Part shown: positions 24,524-36,147 of the stretch, in pieces
How positions within the stretch are numbered: position 1 is the first letter of the stretch
Layout of the letters: each line of letters begins with the position of its first letter
Source of the DNA: Rivularia sp. (in: cyanobacteria)
Lineage (GTDB): Bacteria > Cyanobacteriota > Cyanobacteriia > Cyanobacteriales > Nostocaceae
NCBI GenBank assembly: GCA_965225665.1
Contig: OZ245322.1
Location: 1,672,728 to 1,736,727, forward strand
Reading direction: 5' to 3'
Length of the DNA: 64,000 bases
Notes under the pieces: model-generated
The model's input: the letters and a program-made list of their open reading frames with translations, nothing else
Database searches by the model: none
What the model was told of the DNA's origin: nothing
Program-made: the position numbers and the translations under genes

Positions 24524-26340
24524 GCTAGTTTATCCTCGCGAGCAGCTAATAACTCTCGAATAGTGAATGCTAATTGGTTGAGTTTCACAGGTTTGCTAAG
24601 GTAATCATTAGCTCCAGCAGCCAAACAACGTTCGCGATCGCACTTCATTGCTAGAACCGTTAGAACTAAAATTGGCACTGAAGCTAAGTTTGGATTGCGG
24701 CGAATTTGCTGTATTGCTTCTACCCCATCCATATCAGGCATTTTAATTTCCATCAGAATCAACTCAGGGGTTTCAGATTCAGCTAAATCAATTGCCTGCT
24801 GTCCATTTTTTGCTACAAGTATTTGATAGCCTTTGGCTCCGAGATAGCTTGAAACTGTACTGATATTGGCTTCGTTGTCTTCAACTAACAAAATTAAGTG
24901 TGAAGTCTTCTCTATTGGGTAGTTTTGTTTTTGCTGCGTTTTGATTTGAACAGAACAAAAAGCCGCTTCGGCGCAAGGCAAGTCAACTGTAAAGCAACTT
25001 CCAACCCCTACCTTACTTGTTACACCCACTTGACCACCGTGGAGTTCGACAATGCGTTTCACTAGGGCAAGTCCTAAGCCGGTTCCTGTATATTTGCGGT
25101 TCAAGGCACTATCAATTTGCACAAAAGACTGAAACAATTTTTTGGTATCTTCTAGGGCAATGCCAATGCCTGTATCAATGACGGCAATTCGGAGAAAATT
25201 TTGGGGTGGGGAATCGGTGCAATCTGCGTCGGCAGTAGACTGATGCAAACTGACTTTCAGAGTAATGCTTCCCCCATCTGGAGTGAATTTAACGGCGTTA
25301 TTAAGTAGATTAATTAAGACTTGGCGAATACGTCGTTGATCGATTGATAAATCGGGTATTTTGTCGGGTAATTTAGTTTCTAGCTGAATGCGTTTTTTAA
25401 GAGCTTGTCCTTTGATAAAGATTAAACTTGATTCGCACAATAAAGCGACGTTAGTAGGAATGAGATCGAGTTCAAATTGACCCGATTCTATCTTAGCTAT
25501 ATCGAGGATATCGTTAATAATTTCGAGCAAATGCGAACCACTGCTCTCAATAGTTTGTAATGCTTGCAGTTGTTGCTCGTTGATGCTGCCAAATACCTGC
25601 TCTTGCAAACCTTCAGTCATGCCTAAAATGGCGTTAAGAGGGGTGCGAAGCTCGTGGCTCATATTAGCGAGGAATTGGCTCTTAGTAATGTTTGCCTGTT
25701 CTGCAAGTTGCTTAGCCTGCTTGAGTTGAGCAGTTCGAGACTCAACTTGCTGTTCCAAGGTTTCGTTGAGCTGCATTAGATTTGCTTCAGCTTGCCGTTG
25801 AGAAATCGCCCCACCAATGCTGCCCGCAATTGCCATTAGCGCCGCTTTCATAGTTTCATCCCAATAACGCTCCAGATGGCAATCATCAAATCCAGCAAAT
25901 CCCCAAAAATAATCTCGGATAAAAATTGGAACAACAATAATAGATAAAATCCCTTGGCTTCCTAGTAAAATTCGTTCAGTTTCGGGTAAATCTTTAGTCA
26001 AACCTAAAACCGGCTGTTTTTGGCAGAGGATATCATACCATCGGGGTAAGTATGCTTCATAAAGAAGGTTTTGCAGTTCGGGGTTATCAATTTCCGGATG
26101 TATATCTTCGGCTACCCACTCCCAGCGCTGGCTCATCGCGTGTTGCCCCGTTTCAGCATCATTATGGTTCTCGAAAATATAAATCCGATCTACATCCGTA
26201 GCCAATCCCAAGGCATTTAGGGCAGCTTGAACTGACTCGCGAGCGTCTTCAACCGTCAGCAAACAATTATTAGCGATCGCAATTCCCCGTAAAAGGCGAT
26301 CGCTGGGTGATAAGTTAGGGGGTTGATAACTAAAGAACAT
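24520..26340 (-). CDS. GAF hybrid histidine kinase with atypical (D to E) receiver
   Basis: GAF (IDNPELQNL..., WGFAGFDDC), [22 protein letters not shown]; receiver reads LILMEIKMPDMDG. Confidence 0.88.
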   Translation of the reverse strand: MFFSYQPPNLSPSDRLLRGIAIANNCLLTVEDARESVQAALNALGLATDVDRIYIFENHNDAETGQHAMSQRWEWVAEDIHPEIDNPELQNLLYEAYLPRWYDILCQKQPVLGLTKDLPETERILLGSQGILSIIVVPIFIRDYFWGFAGFDDCHLERYWDETMKAALMAIAGSIGGAISQRQAEANLMQLNETLEQQVESRTAQLKQAKQLAEQANITKSQFLANMSHELRTPLNAILGMTEGLQEQVFGSINEQQLQALQTIESSGSHLLEIINDILDIAKIESGQFELDLIPTNVALLCESSLIFIKGQALKKRIQLETKLPDKIPDLSIDQRRIRQVLINLLNNAVKFTPDGGSITLKVSLHQSTADADCTDSPPQNFLRIAVIDTGIGIALEDTKKLFQSFVQIDSALNRKYTGTGLGLALVKRIVELHGGQVGVTSKVGVGSCFTVDLPCAEAAFCSVQIKTQQKQNYPIEKTSHLILLVEDNEANISTVSSYLGAKGYQILVAKNGQQAIDLAESETPELILMEIKMPDMDGVEAIQQIRRNPNLASVPILVLTVLAMKCDRERCLAAGANDYLSKPVKLNQLAFTIRELLAAREDKLA

Positions 26341-26480
26341 AAAGATATAAACTAAAATATCTAGTAATTTTCTCGGATAGCCAGATATATCTAGGTTTTA
26401 GAACTGATATTATCTTTTTTTTTGATGCGATATCTGGGAATGTTAATCATACTGTTTCTATGCTTTATATTTATGGATTC

Positions 26481-26489
26481 AGTATTCCC
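26481..26489 (-). promoter_or_regulatory. J-box GGGAATACT, 141 bp upstream of the 26340 start
   Basis: Exact match on the coding strand in intergenic DNA. Confidence 0.65.
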
Positions 26490-26558
26490 AAACCATGCAA
26501 AAAAATTACATTTTAAGTTTAAATCTTTATATTTCAGATCATTTCTGAGGGGTTAGGG

Positions 26559-26640
26559 CAGTGCGTTAGCGCAGCGTGTCCGTCAGGACATGCATCTTGC
26601 TCGCTAGCTAAAACCAGGGAGCGAGACGCTCCCACTACAA
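26559..26640. repeat. Inverted pair of small dispersed palindromic repeats (GTAGTG[C/G]GAGCATCTTGCTC[G/C]CTA family) with a nested 26-bp insert
   Basis: Same family at 38902-38981, 49029-49169 and 62458-62508. Confidence 0.7.
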
Positions 26641-26723
26641 ATGTGTTACCCACAAAAAAAATTGTAGAAACGGCTTTAATACACCTTCTCTACAATTTTT
26701 TTTACCCACCATTTAATTAACTA

Positions 26724-28307
26724 TTACGCTTTGACAACTTCAGCTTTTTTCACAATTTCATAAGGCTTCTCTGCACCTTGCGCTAAATACTCTTGAAGCT
26801 GAGATTCGATTTGCTCGCGAACAATTTGACGGTATTCTAGAAAATGTTCGTTATGAGCGCAGGAAGATAAATAATGTTCAAAAACTGCTGGATTGCGCTT
26901 TAAAATACTGAATAAATGATGCCAGAATTTCCACCTGGTTTCGCGTTTAATACCTTGTCGCCAAATCACAGTTGCAAGTGCTTTGACAACAACCCATTCT
27001 GTCTTCTTAGCTGGTGCTTTCCAACTCGGTTTACCCATCATTAAGAAGCAGCGATAGGTACGATCTAAGTAAGCTATCGGGTCATATAAAGCACAAAAAG
27101 CTTCAATATATTCCCTGCCAATATCTTGTAGCGGACGAGTCGGAATAAAATTCATCAACGTGGTTTGGTTAATGTTTCCGTCTGTAGATTCGCGCATTCT
27201 GCCTTCTTTTTCCAGACGATGCCACAATGCTGTGTTGGGTAATGCTTGTAACATGGCAAAAGTAGTAGAAGGAATCGCTGCTTGCTCCGCAAACCGAACA
27301 ATGCGATCGCCTGCTCCAGATTTTTCGCCGTCAAAACCAATAATAAAGCCAGCCATCGGACGCAAACCCGCTTTAATAATAGACTGTACGGATTCAACAA
27401 GAGAATTGCGCGTGTTTTGAAATTTCTTGGTTAGCTGCAAACTGTCTTCGTCTGGTGTCTCAATACCCAAAAACACCGCAGCAAAACCACATTCAACCAT
27501 CAATTCCATCAATTCTGGATCTTGTGCTAAATCTACTGAAGCTTCGGTATCAAAGCGGAACGGATATTCATGTTCTTTCATCCATTCTTTTAACTCTACG
27601 AGCAACAGCTTAACGTTGCGCTTGTTGCCAATAAAGTTATCATCCACCATAAACACCCCGCCACGCCAACCCAATTCATACAAACAATCTAGTTCGGCTA
27701 AAAGCTGTGCTGGGGTTTTGGTACGGGGTTTGCGTCCGTAAAGTACGATAATATCGCAAAATTCGCATTGAAACGGACAACCGCGAGAAAACTGCACCGA
27801 CATCATGTCGTAAGCATCTCTTTCCAATAAATCGAAACGAGGAATCGGGGTTGAAGTCACATCTGGTTTTTCTGTTGCGCGAAATACACCGCTTGTTTTA
27901 CCAGCTTGTACGGCTTCGACAAACATTGGTAAAGTAATTTCCCCTTCATCAAGGATGAGAAAATCGGCTCCAGCTTTTTGAGCTACTGCGGGTACGGAGG
28001 TTGGATAAGGGCCACCAACTGCAACTAATTTACCGTGTTGTTTTGCAACTTTGATTTGATCGCATAAGTCTTCTTTTTGCACAATCATCGCAGATAAAAT
28101 TACCATATCTGCCCATTCCCATTCAGCTTCCGTCACAGAGCGAATATTACGATCTACTAACTTAAACTCCCACTCTTGAGGCAAAATTGCGGCTACAGTC
28201 GCTAAACCCAAAGGTGGTAATAAGACTTTTTTATCTACCAACTCCAAAATTTTTTCATACGACCAAAAAGTTTTTGGAAATAAAGGATAAATTAATAAAA
28301 TTCGCAT
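26724..28307 (-). CDS. B12-binding radical SAM protein (DUF4070 family)
   Basis: PPLGLATVAA and VAVGGPY (B12 domain), CPFQCEFC radical-SAM motif, DDNFIG. Confidence 0.88.
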   Translation of the reverse strand: MRILLIYPLFPKTFWSYEKILELVDKKVLLPPLGLATVAAILPQEWEFKLVDRNIRSVTEAEWEWADMVILSAMIVQKEDLCDQIKVAKQHGKLVAVGGPYPTSVPAVAQKAGADFLILDEGEITLPMFVEAVQAGKTSGVFRATEKPDVTSTPIPRFDLLERDAYDMMSVQFSRGCPFQCEFCDIIVLYGRKPRTKTPAQLLAELDCLYELGWRGGVFMVDDNFIGNKRNVKLLLVELKEWMKEHEYPFRFDTEASVDLAQDPELMELMVECGFAAVFLGIETPDEDSLQLTKKFQNTRNSLVESVQSIIKAGLRPMAGFIIGFDGEKSGAGDRIVRFAEQAAIPSTTFAMLQALPNTALWHRLEKEGRMRESTDGNINQTTLMNFIPTRPLQDIGREYIEAFCALYDPIAYLDRTYRCFLMMGKPSWKAPAKKTEWVVVKALATVIWRQGIKRETRWKFWHHLFSILKRNPAVFEHYLSSCAHNEHFLEYRQIVREQIESQLQEYLAQGAEKPYEIVKKAEVVKA

Positions 28308-28404
28308 TGCTCTACACTTGCCTTCAGCCTTTTATAACTGACTAAGTTTTCTTCGCAAACTGACTATTTCGGGATTTAATTACAGATTGAATAACGTACT
28401 TATC

Positions 28405-28420
28405 TGTACTTCGATCTACA
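28405..28420. promoter_or_regulatory. Possible NtcA-type site TGTA-N8-TACA
   Basis: TGTACTTCGATCTACA, 98 bp upstream of the radical SAM start. No correctly spaced -10 box was found, so it could be chance. Confidence 0.3.
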
Positions 28421-28809
28421 ATGCACAACAGTAGTATTACGATAATCAACACTTACCTGTTTGGGGTTATAACTTACTGTAAAGTTTCACCAGCCCTGTA
28501 GTCTTTTTTGATTTTTCAACCAAAGGGCTATAAAAGCATACCTATACTTAGATAATATTTGCGAAAAAATTGTATAAAAATGTTTTTGTGAATAAACAGT
28601 TCTACTCATTTACATCTGATGCAACTCTATGTTAGCACCCGTATTTTTATTTACGTCGAATTATAATCTATTTATAAGATTGGTAAATTTAACTCCAAAA
28701 TAGCGCAAGCATAATTACTCGCATAGTAAGGGAAGGTGTTCTAGCAAAATTCCTGCGATTGTAAAATGTAAAATATATAATGAAAACCGCAAAAATCTTT
28801 TCTATACAT

Positions 28810-28962
28810 ATGACTTCGGAATCCCAGACAGAAAAAGATAAATCGCAAGCGAAGAATGATGCAGAAAAACAAGACGAAAAAGTTCTGTGTCCCCACTGTA
28901 AGCGCACCGCTACCAATGGCATTAAATGTAAAGGGATTTGTGTGGCTGATGATGATTATTAG
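28810..28962 (+). CDS. Small Cys-rich protein (CPHC-x9-C-x3-C), 50 aa
   Basis: ORF track 28780-28962, second Met taken as start. Low-complexity charged N-half and a four-Cys C-terminal motif. Confidence 0.65.
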   Translation: MTSESQTEKDKSQAKNDAEKQDEKVLCPHCKRTATNGIKCKGICVADDDY

Positions 28963-29064
28963 GGAACGGGGAGTAGAAAGTAGAAAGTAGAAAGTAGGGA
29001 GTAAGGAGTAGGGAGTAAGAAGTAGAAAAATTTAATCTAAAATCTAAAATCTAAAATCTAAAAT

Positions 29065-32000
29065 CTAAAATTCATTAATTGGTAGCTCAATTACAAACTC
29101 AGTTCCTTCTCCTACCTTTGAATTGCAACTGATTTTACCATTATGGGTTTCTTCGACAATTTGTTTTGCGATAGCTAATCCCAAACCCGTACCTTTACCG
29201 ACTCCTTTGGTGGTAAACAGATTATCAAAGATACGTTCTCTGATTGATTCGGGCATTCCCGAACCATTATCTTTGATGCTAATCAGTACTGTCTTTCTCA
29301 CAGTAGATTCAGAGGTGTTAATAGTTATTTTGTGAGGATTAGCTTCTATTTCGGCGAATGTTTTTCCTTGATTTGTCATGTCTAAAGCATCTATGGCGTT
29401 AGCAAGAATATTCATAAATACTTGATTTAACTGTCCCAGAAAACACTTTACAGATGGCAACTTTCCGTATTCTTTGATAACTTCAATTGCGGGACGTTTA
29501 TCATCCGCTTTGAGACGATATTTTAAGATTAAAATTGTGCTATCAATGCCTTCATGAATATTGCAAGCAATTTTTTCGGCTGTATCTGCTCTAGAAAAAG
29601 TACGGAGACTGGTACTAATATCTTTAATTCTTTCTGTCGCTAACCTCATAGAATTTAACAGCTTTGGTAAATCTTCGGTAAGATATTCCAAATCAATTTC
29701 TTCCCCATGTTCCATAACTTCCTCTTCTGGATTGGGATAATTTTCTTGATAGCATTCTATGTGAGCAAATAAGTCTTTTATATACTCTTCGGCATTATTG
29801 ATACTGCCTTTGAGAAATCCGATAGGGTTGTTGACTTCATGTGCTACCCCTGCAACTAAGTTACCCAAAGTAGCCATTTTTTCATTTTGCACCATTTGTA
29901 ATTGGGCTTGGTTTAATTCTTGTAGAGCGTTTTCTAACTCTTGTGATTTTTGAATTACTGCTGATTCTGCTTGTTTGCGATCGCGCAGTGCGGTTTGCTG
30001 TTGAGTGATATCTCTTAATATCATCAATCCGTGCAATTTATCTCTGTAGATAAAAGATACTGCTTTGGCTTCAACGTCAAAAAAACTACCATTCTTCCGT
30101 TTTGCAATAGCTTGGGTATAAAATTCTTTACCTGAATTCAAAGTTTCTAAATAATTATCGAAGATATAAAAACAATTTGGATGCAAATAATCTAAAGCTG
30201 TCAGATGTAGCCATTCTTCTTGGTTGTAGCCATAAATCTCACAAACGGTGGGATTAGCCGCTATTATCTTTCCTGTTTCTAAATTGCTTATTAACAATCC
30301 ATCATTAACGCTTTCAAAGATACTGCGATACTCTACTTCTTTTTGAGCAATTTCCCGGACTTTTTCTTGTTGTTGAACGTATAAACGAGCATTTTCCAAA
30401 GAAATAGCAGCTTGAATACATAACACATTAATTACTTCCAATCGTTTCCCGTGTAAATGCACCTTTGATTAATTTATTTTCCAGATACAGCAACCCGATT
30501 AATTTACCTCTATCTAAAATCGGCGTACATAATAAACTTTTGGGCTGCTGCTGCATTAAGTATTCGTCTCTGGCAAAATCCGCAGTAATTGCGGCATTAT
30601 CTAACACAATGGTTTTTAAACTACGTTTGACATAATTTATAACTGTATTGGGAATATCAACGCTGGTTTCGTATGGTATTGATAAGTGAGTTACACCATC
30701 ATCTTTAGTCGCTACAGCTTCTAAATTTAGAATATTATTTTTGAGAAAAACTAAAGCAGCTTTGTCTGCTCCAGCATTTTCGATTACTATTTGCAGTAAA
30801 GTTGAAATTAATTCTTCTAATTGAATTTCCTGCGATAAAGCTTGCGTTGCTTTGAGAATGCTCGCGAAATCTAAAGTATCGCAAACGCTGCTGCTCGAAC
30901 GACTTGTTTGGATAGTTTGACTGGTTTGAAAGTAGGTTTCGTTGATTTGAAAGCTATGTTTTTGTGTTTGCAAGATTGGTGCAAGTAGCTGGGGATAGCG
31001 TTTTTCTAAGTCATCAGTTTTAGCTTTGGCTCCCCATTTCGCATAACAATAGTAAGCTTCTTGCATATAAGCTTGAGCAACCTTTTCTTTACCCCAATCT
31101 AAATAAAATTTGGCTGCGAGTTCGTTGGCTATTGCTTCTTCCTGAATATATTTATTAGCTTTGGCTCCAGAAATAGCTTTATCGTAATATTCTATTGCTG
31201 CGGTTTTTTCTCCTAACACTCGATGCTTTTCTGCTTCAACTAAATCATATTTGTGTTGAAAATTCATTGGAGCGTGATTTGCCAATGTTTTTAGCTTTTG
31301 TTGGTTGGTTTGTACTTTTTCTAAAAAGTTAGTTTGAGCTTCTGAACATTCCCAATCCAGGCTGAATAATACCAAAGAATTGTAGAAATAAAATATAGAT
31401 CCATACAGACACCCAGGTACACCATCTAGATATATTTCTACTTGTTTTGAATTCTGTAATGCTTGAGAATATTCTCCAAAAAGATAACAGAGAATCAGTT
31501 TGTGAATATAAAGCAAATAGAGTCCAATTCGGTCATTTGCTGCCAGTTTCAGCGGCAATATTTCTTCTTCGTTATAAACTTCACCAACTAAACGATAAGG
31601 CTGCTCGGATTTGTGGATTAAATTTAAGATTGCCTGTTGAACTGTTTTGTATTGATTGAGAATAGTTGTTTGCTTAAACTTAACTAAATTAGTGGCAATA
31701 TTGGCTGCTTCCCCTGCCAAAGAATCTAATTCCCGAGCCGCAAAATATGCGTGTTGACAGCGATTCATTGCTGCATGAGAAGCATATTCTAAATCTCCGT
31801 TATCTATTCCACTTTGATATGCTTCTTCAAAAAGTGGTAACAACATTTGAATATGCTCTTTTCCATGTTTTGTAGATAAAGCAACCATAAAAAATGTTTT
31901 GGTTTTCATTTCAGAAGCATTGAGCTTTTCTACCAAATTTAAAGCCAATTGTCCGAATTGATAACTTGATTCTGCATCCTGTAAAAATGCTTGCAAAATT

Positions 32001-34907
32001 AATCCATAGGCTGCATAAGCAAAAGTAGAAAAAGGTGAATTACCATATTTTATTGACAGATTTACTTGCTTGAGTATTGTCAGTGGAAATAGTGCAGGAA
32101 CACAGGCACCAGATGGGAAAAGGATAATTGAAAGTATTCTCATTGCTGCTAATTTCCCTGCGTCACACATCACAGGTAAATTAACTAAATCTGAGATATT
32201 TTTATCTTGTAAATAAGATGTTACCTCTTGCATAGCTTGCTGGGTATCTAAGGGTGTAGGAGATTCCGGTAGTTTCCATACCCAACAAATTCAAAACTTG
32301 TAATCCTAACTTCACAGCTTCGGTAAGTCTAACTTGAGCAATTTGAGTTTGGATAATGATTTCGTAAGCTTTAATTTTGTCTAATATTGTCTTCGCTTGC
32401 TGCAAAATAATATTAGCCCGATGGTTTGCCCCGACAAAATCACCATTTAAATAAGCAACTTCTGCCGCTTTCTCATATAAAGATAAACTCAAATCATATT
32501 GGTGTTCCCAACTGTCTATTAACAGTAAATTAATACCTGTAGTTAGATATTCATTAGCAGCACTGTAAGCAGTAGAAACTTTAGCTTTATGTGCAGCCAT
32601 CAAATTAAGTTTAGCTAAATTTTGTTGTTCCCAAGACTGAGTTATTAACTCTATTCCAAGATTAAACTGGTTAACAATATCAAAAATATTTTCTTCTTGT
32701 TCTGATTGTGGAATATTCTGCCAAAAAAGTCGCCCAATTTGCAAATGAGTCTTTTGTTTGTGAGTTTCCTGAATCAAAGAATAAGCCGCTTGTTGAATTC
32801 TATCGTGTAAAAATCTATAATTTATATCTTCAGAGACAGATTCAATTTCTTGTCTTTTTTCAAGATAAAATTTATAAATCTCACTTTGCGGTATTATTAA
32901 TCCTTGCTGTAAAGCTTTCCACAAATCAGCAGCAGTTTCAGCTTGCGATTTTTGACAAACTATTGCCAAAGTTGCTAAGTCAAATTGATTGCCAATACAA
33001 GCCGCTAGTTTCAAAACTTCCTGCGTTGATTCGGGCAACTTTTGCAACTGTAATGCCATAAATTCAATAACATCATCAGTTAAAGCCAACTTCTTAACTT
33101 CAGAAATATCGCATCCCCAGGAACTAACATCAAAATCAAATTTTATCAAACCATCTTCATAGAGTGCTTTCAAAAACTGCGTACTAAAAAATGGATTCCC
33201 TTGAGTTTTTTGATATACGAGTTGAGTTAGCGAACGCGATATTTCTGAGGAACAATTTAAAGTATCGGCAACGAGTTGATTTAAACTTATTTCTGATAGC
33301 GATGTTAAAACAATCGGATTAATTTTACCTTGTATTTTGGCAATTTCCTCTAAAGTCAACATCAAAGGATGAGCCGGGAATACTTCGTTATCTCGATAAG
33401 CTCCAATTAACAATAAATAATCAATTCCTGCTTCATTAATCAACAACTGCATCAAATTCAAAGAAGCAGAATCTGCCCACTGTAAATCATCCAAAAATAT
33501 AACTAAAGGATGTTCTTTTGTAGTAAAAACTTGAATAAACTTTTGAAATAATAAATTAAAGCGATTTTGTGCCGCAGTACCAGATAATTCCGGTGCAGGT
33601 ACTTGTTTCCCAATAACTTCTTCCAATTCGGGAATCACATCAACAATAACTTGTCCACTTTCACCCAAAGCTTTTAAAAGATTATTTTTTAAACTAATCA
33701 ATTGAGCATCACTTTCTGTTCTTAACTGCCCGATTAAATCCCGAAATGCTTGCACATAAGCAGAGAAAGGAATATTACGATTAAATTGGTCAAATTTACC
33801 TTTAATAAAATATCCCCGTTGTTTAACTATCGGTTTATGAACTTCATTAACAATAGCCGTTTTACCAATACCAGAAAAACCTGCTACTAAAATTAATTGA
33901 CTATTGCCCTTCGATACATTCTCAAACGCACCTAATAGTTGTTCAACTTCATTTTCTCTACCATAAAGTTTTTCGGGAATAATAAATCTGTCAGAAATAT
34001 CTCTTTGGGCAATTTGAAAATTTTCTATTTTCCCTGTTTCTTGAAGTTGTTTTAAACAAGATTCTAAATCATGCTTTAATCCCAAAGCACTTTGATATCT
34101 ATCTTCAGCATTCTTCGCCATCAACTTGATAACAATATCTGATAAAACTTGAGGAATATCTTCTTCCCTCTCTTTACTAAGGAGAGGGTTAGGGTAAGGT
34201 TTTATTATCTGTGGAGGTGCTTTCGCAATATGATAATGCAGCAACTCTATTGCATCTTCCGATTTAAACGGTAATTTACCCGTTAATAATTCGTAAAAAG
34301 TAACACCCAAAGAATAAAAATCTGTACGATAATCAATTCCTCGATTCATCCTTCCAGTTTGCTCTGGAGATATATAGCTCAACGTCCCTTCTAATACATT
34401 AGGATTGATTAAGGTTTGGCTTTCTTTTGGTAGCAAAGATGCAATACTAAAGTCAATTAATTTAACTTGTTTGGTTTCCGGATTAATTAATATATTGGCT
34501 GGCTTAATATCTTTATGAATTATTCTATGGCGATATAAAATATTTAAGGTATCGGATAAGGAAATTGCTATTTGTAGAAATTCCTCTAGAAACGTTATAT
34601 ATCGCGTCTCTACATTATTGGTGAAATATTCACTCAGAGAAATGCCTCCCATATCTTCCATTATCAACGCATAGCCATTTTGATAATCTTCTAAGCTATA
34701 GGTTTGGATAATTCCTTGATAGTTAAGATTTTTGGCTATAGTGTACTGATTGCGAAACTGTACCAACTCACTGAAGTTAGGATAAGGATTTTTAAGCAGT
34801 TTGATGACTACAGGTTTTTGGTCATTTTCTCTAATCCCTCGGTAAACCTGGGTTCTAGAACCGTTATAGAGTATTTCTTTGATAGAATATCCGGTAATAT
34901 TAACCAT
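29065..34907 (-). CDS. Trifunctional Ser/Thr kinase - AAA - helical repeats - GAF - PAS - His kinase (~1946 aa after repair)
   Basis: Three ORFs join by single-base removals at TTT 32273-32275 and 30445-30447. Motifs: HKDIKPANILI, GFSGIGKT, FLDDLQWAD, GAF, PAS (IFESVNDGLLI), AHEVNNP, GTGLGLA. Confidence 0.9.
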
Positions 34908-34936
34908 AGTGCTAAATCCTTAACGCTTCCAGATTT

Positions 34937-34945
34937 AGTATTCCC
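34937..34945 (-). promoter_or_regulatory. J-box GGGAATACT, 30 bp upstream of the 34907 start
   Basis: Exact match on the coding strand. Confidence 0.75.
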
Positions 34946-35071
34946 AAATCATTCAAAAAATTATAATTAAAGTCAAAATATTTATCTTTATTATTGACAA
35001 AAAACGCTGCTTATGGAGTAAGAAACGAACTGTTTGCTCTTTCCCAGCTATAGAAATTCATTTCTACGATG

Positions 35072-35120
35072 AAAGTGGACTGGTATTAGATCATAAAATT
35101 GGCTCTTGTAACCAACCACT
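35072..35120 (+). promoter_or_regulatory. Candidate MocR-family operator (two direct and one inverted TGG-core boxes)
   Basis: AAAGTGGACT and AAATTGGCTC 24 bp apart, then inverted ACCAACCACT, upstream of the MOSC gene. The layout resembles MocR operators (inference). Confidence 0.35.
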
Positions 35121-35174
35121 ATATAAAATACGCTGTTACTAAGTTCGAGTACAGCGATTATCTGGAGGCTAAAT

Positions 35175-35951
35175 ATGCCCCATGTAGCCAGGATTTGCAT
35201 CTATCCAATCAAGTCGCTTGATGGGGTGGAAGTTATGCAGGCTCTTGTTTTGCAGAGTGGCGCATTAGAAGGCGATCGCAAATTTGCCATGTTTGACGAA
35301 CAAGGTAAGTATGTCAATGCTAAACGTTATGCAAAAATACATTTATTGCGGTCAATATTTGATTTAGAAAATAAAATTGTTTCGTTACAAATCCAAGGTA
35401 GCGATACAGAAGAAAGTTTCAATTTAGAGTCAGAAACACCACGGTTAGAAGCTTGGCTAAGTGAGTTTTTTGGTTTTACCGTTAAACTACGAAAAAACTT
35501 AATAACAGGCTTTCCAGATGATACCGTTTCACCGGGACCAACTATAATTAGTACTGCCACTTTAAAAGAAGTTGCTTCTTGGTATTCCGATTTAACTGAA
35601 GATGATATCTGCCGTCGAATGCGTACCACAATAGAAATAGATGGAGTGCCCGCATTTTGGGAAGATAAACTTTTTTCTGAAAGCGATAATCCAATGAATT
35701 TTAAAGTTGGAAATTTGCAATTTGTTGGTGTAAATCCCTGTCAGCGCTGTATTGTTCCGACTAGGGATGCAGTTACAGCAGAAGTTAATTCAAGTTTTCA
35801 GAAGATATTCATTAATAAACGTAGAGATTTACCGGAGTGGGTAAATAAATCTCGTTTCAATCATTATTATAAGCTGGCAGTTAATACTCGGTTAGCCAGT
35901 GAAGAAGTTGGGAATCAAGTTATTAAAGTTGGTGATGAAATTATCTTGTAG
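35175..35951 (+). CDS. MOSC-domain protein (MOSC_N + MOSC)
   Basis: IYPIKSLDG, GDRKFAMFD, GFPDD, PCQRCIVPT. Confidence 0.88.
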   Translation: MPHVARICIYPIKSLDGVEVMQALVLQSGALEGDRKFAMFDEQGKYVNAKRYAKIHLLRSIFDLENKIVSLQIQGSDTEESFNLESETPRLEAWLSEFFGFTVKLRKNLITGFPDDTVSPGPTIISTATLKEVASWYSDLTEDDICRRMRTTIEIDGVPAFWEDKLFSESDNPMNFKVGNLQFVGVNPCQRCIVPTRDAVTAEVNSSFQKIFINKRRDLPEWVNKSRFNHYYKLAVNTRLASEEVGNQVIKVGDEIIL

Positions 35952-36147
35952 GGGAGGCAAATTGGGGTGTGGATGTTCCTCCCCCAATATTGCCGTTGTG
36001 TTACGGCTCGAATTAATATCCGAGCAAAACAAATATCTCAGCGCTGCCGTAACGCACCATCATATTGTGTAAAAAACCGCAGAGAGCGCAGAGTACGCTG
36101 AGGAAGAAAGAGAGGTAGAGAGATTATGCATTTTTAATTGAGGTGAA

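Noticed and set aside
26724-28307. Calling the radical SAM gene hpnP (hopanoid 2-methylase)
   Set aside because: The N-terminal motifs fit the broader DUF4070 family and no hopanoid genes are nearby, so the specific assignment cannot be supported.
33376-33384. GGGAATACT on the plus strand inside kinase 2
   Set aside because: Antisense, intragenic, and explained by the codons of the conserved EVFPAHP motif; consistent with chance.
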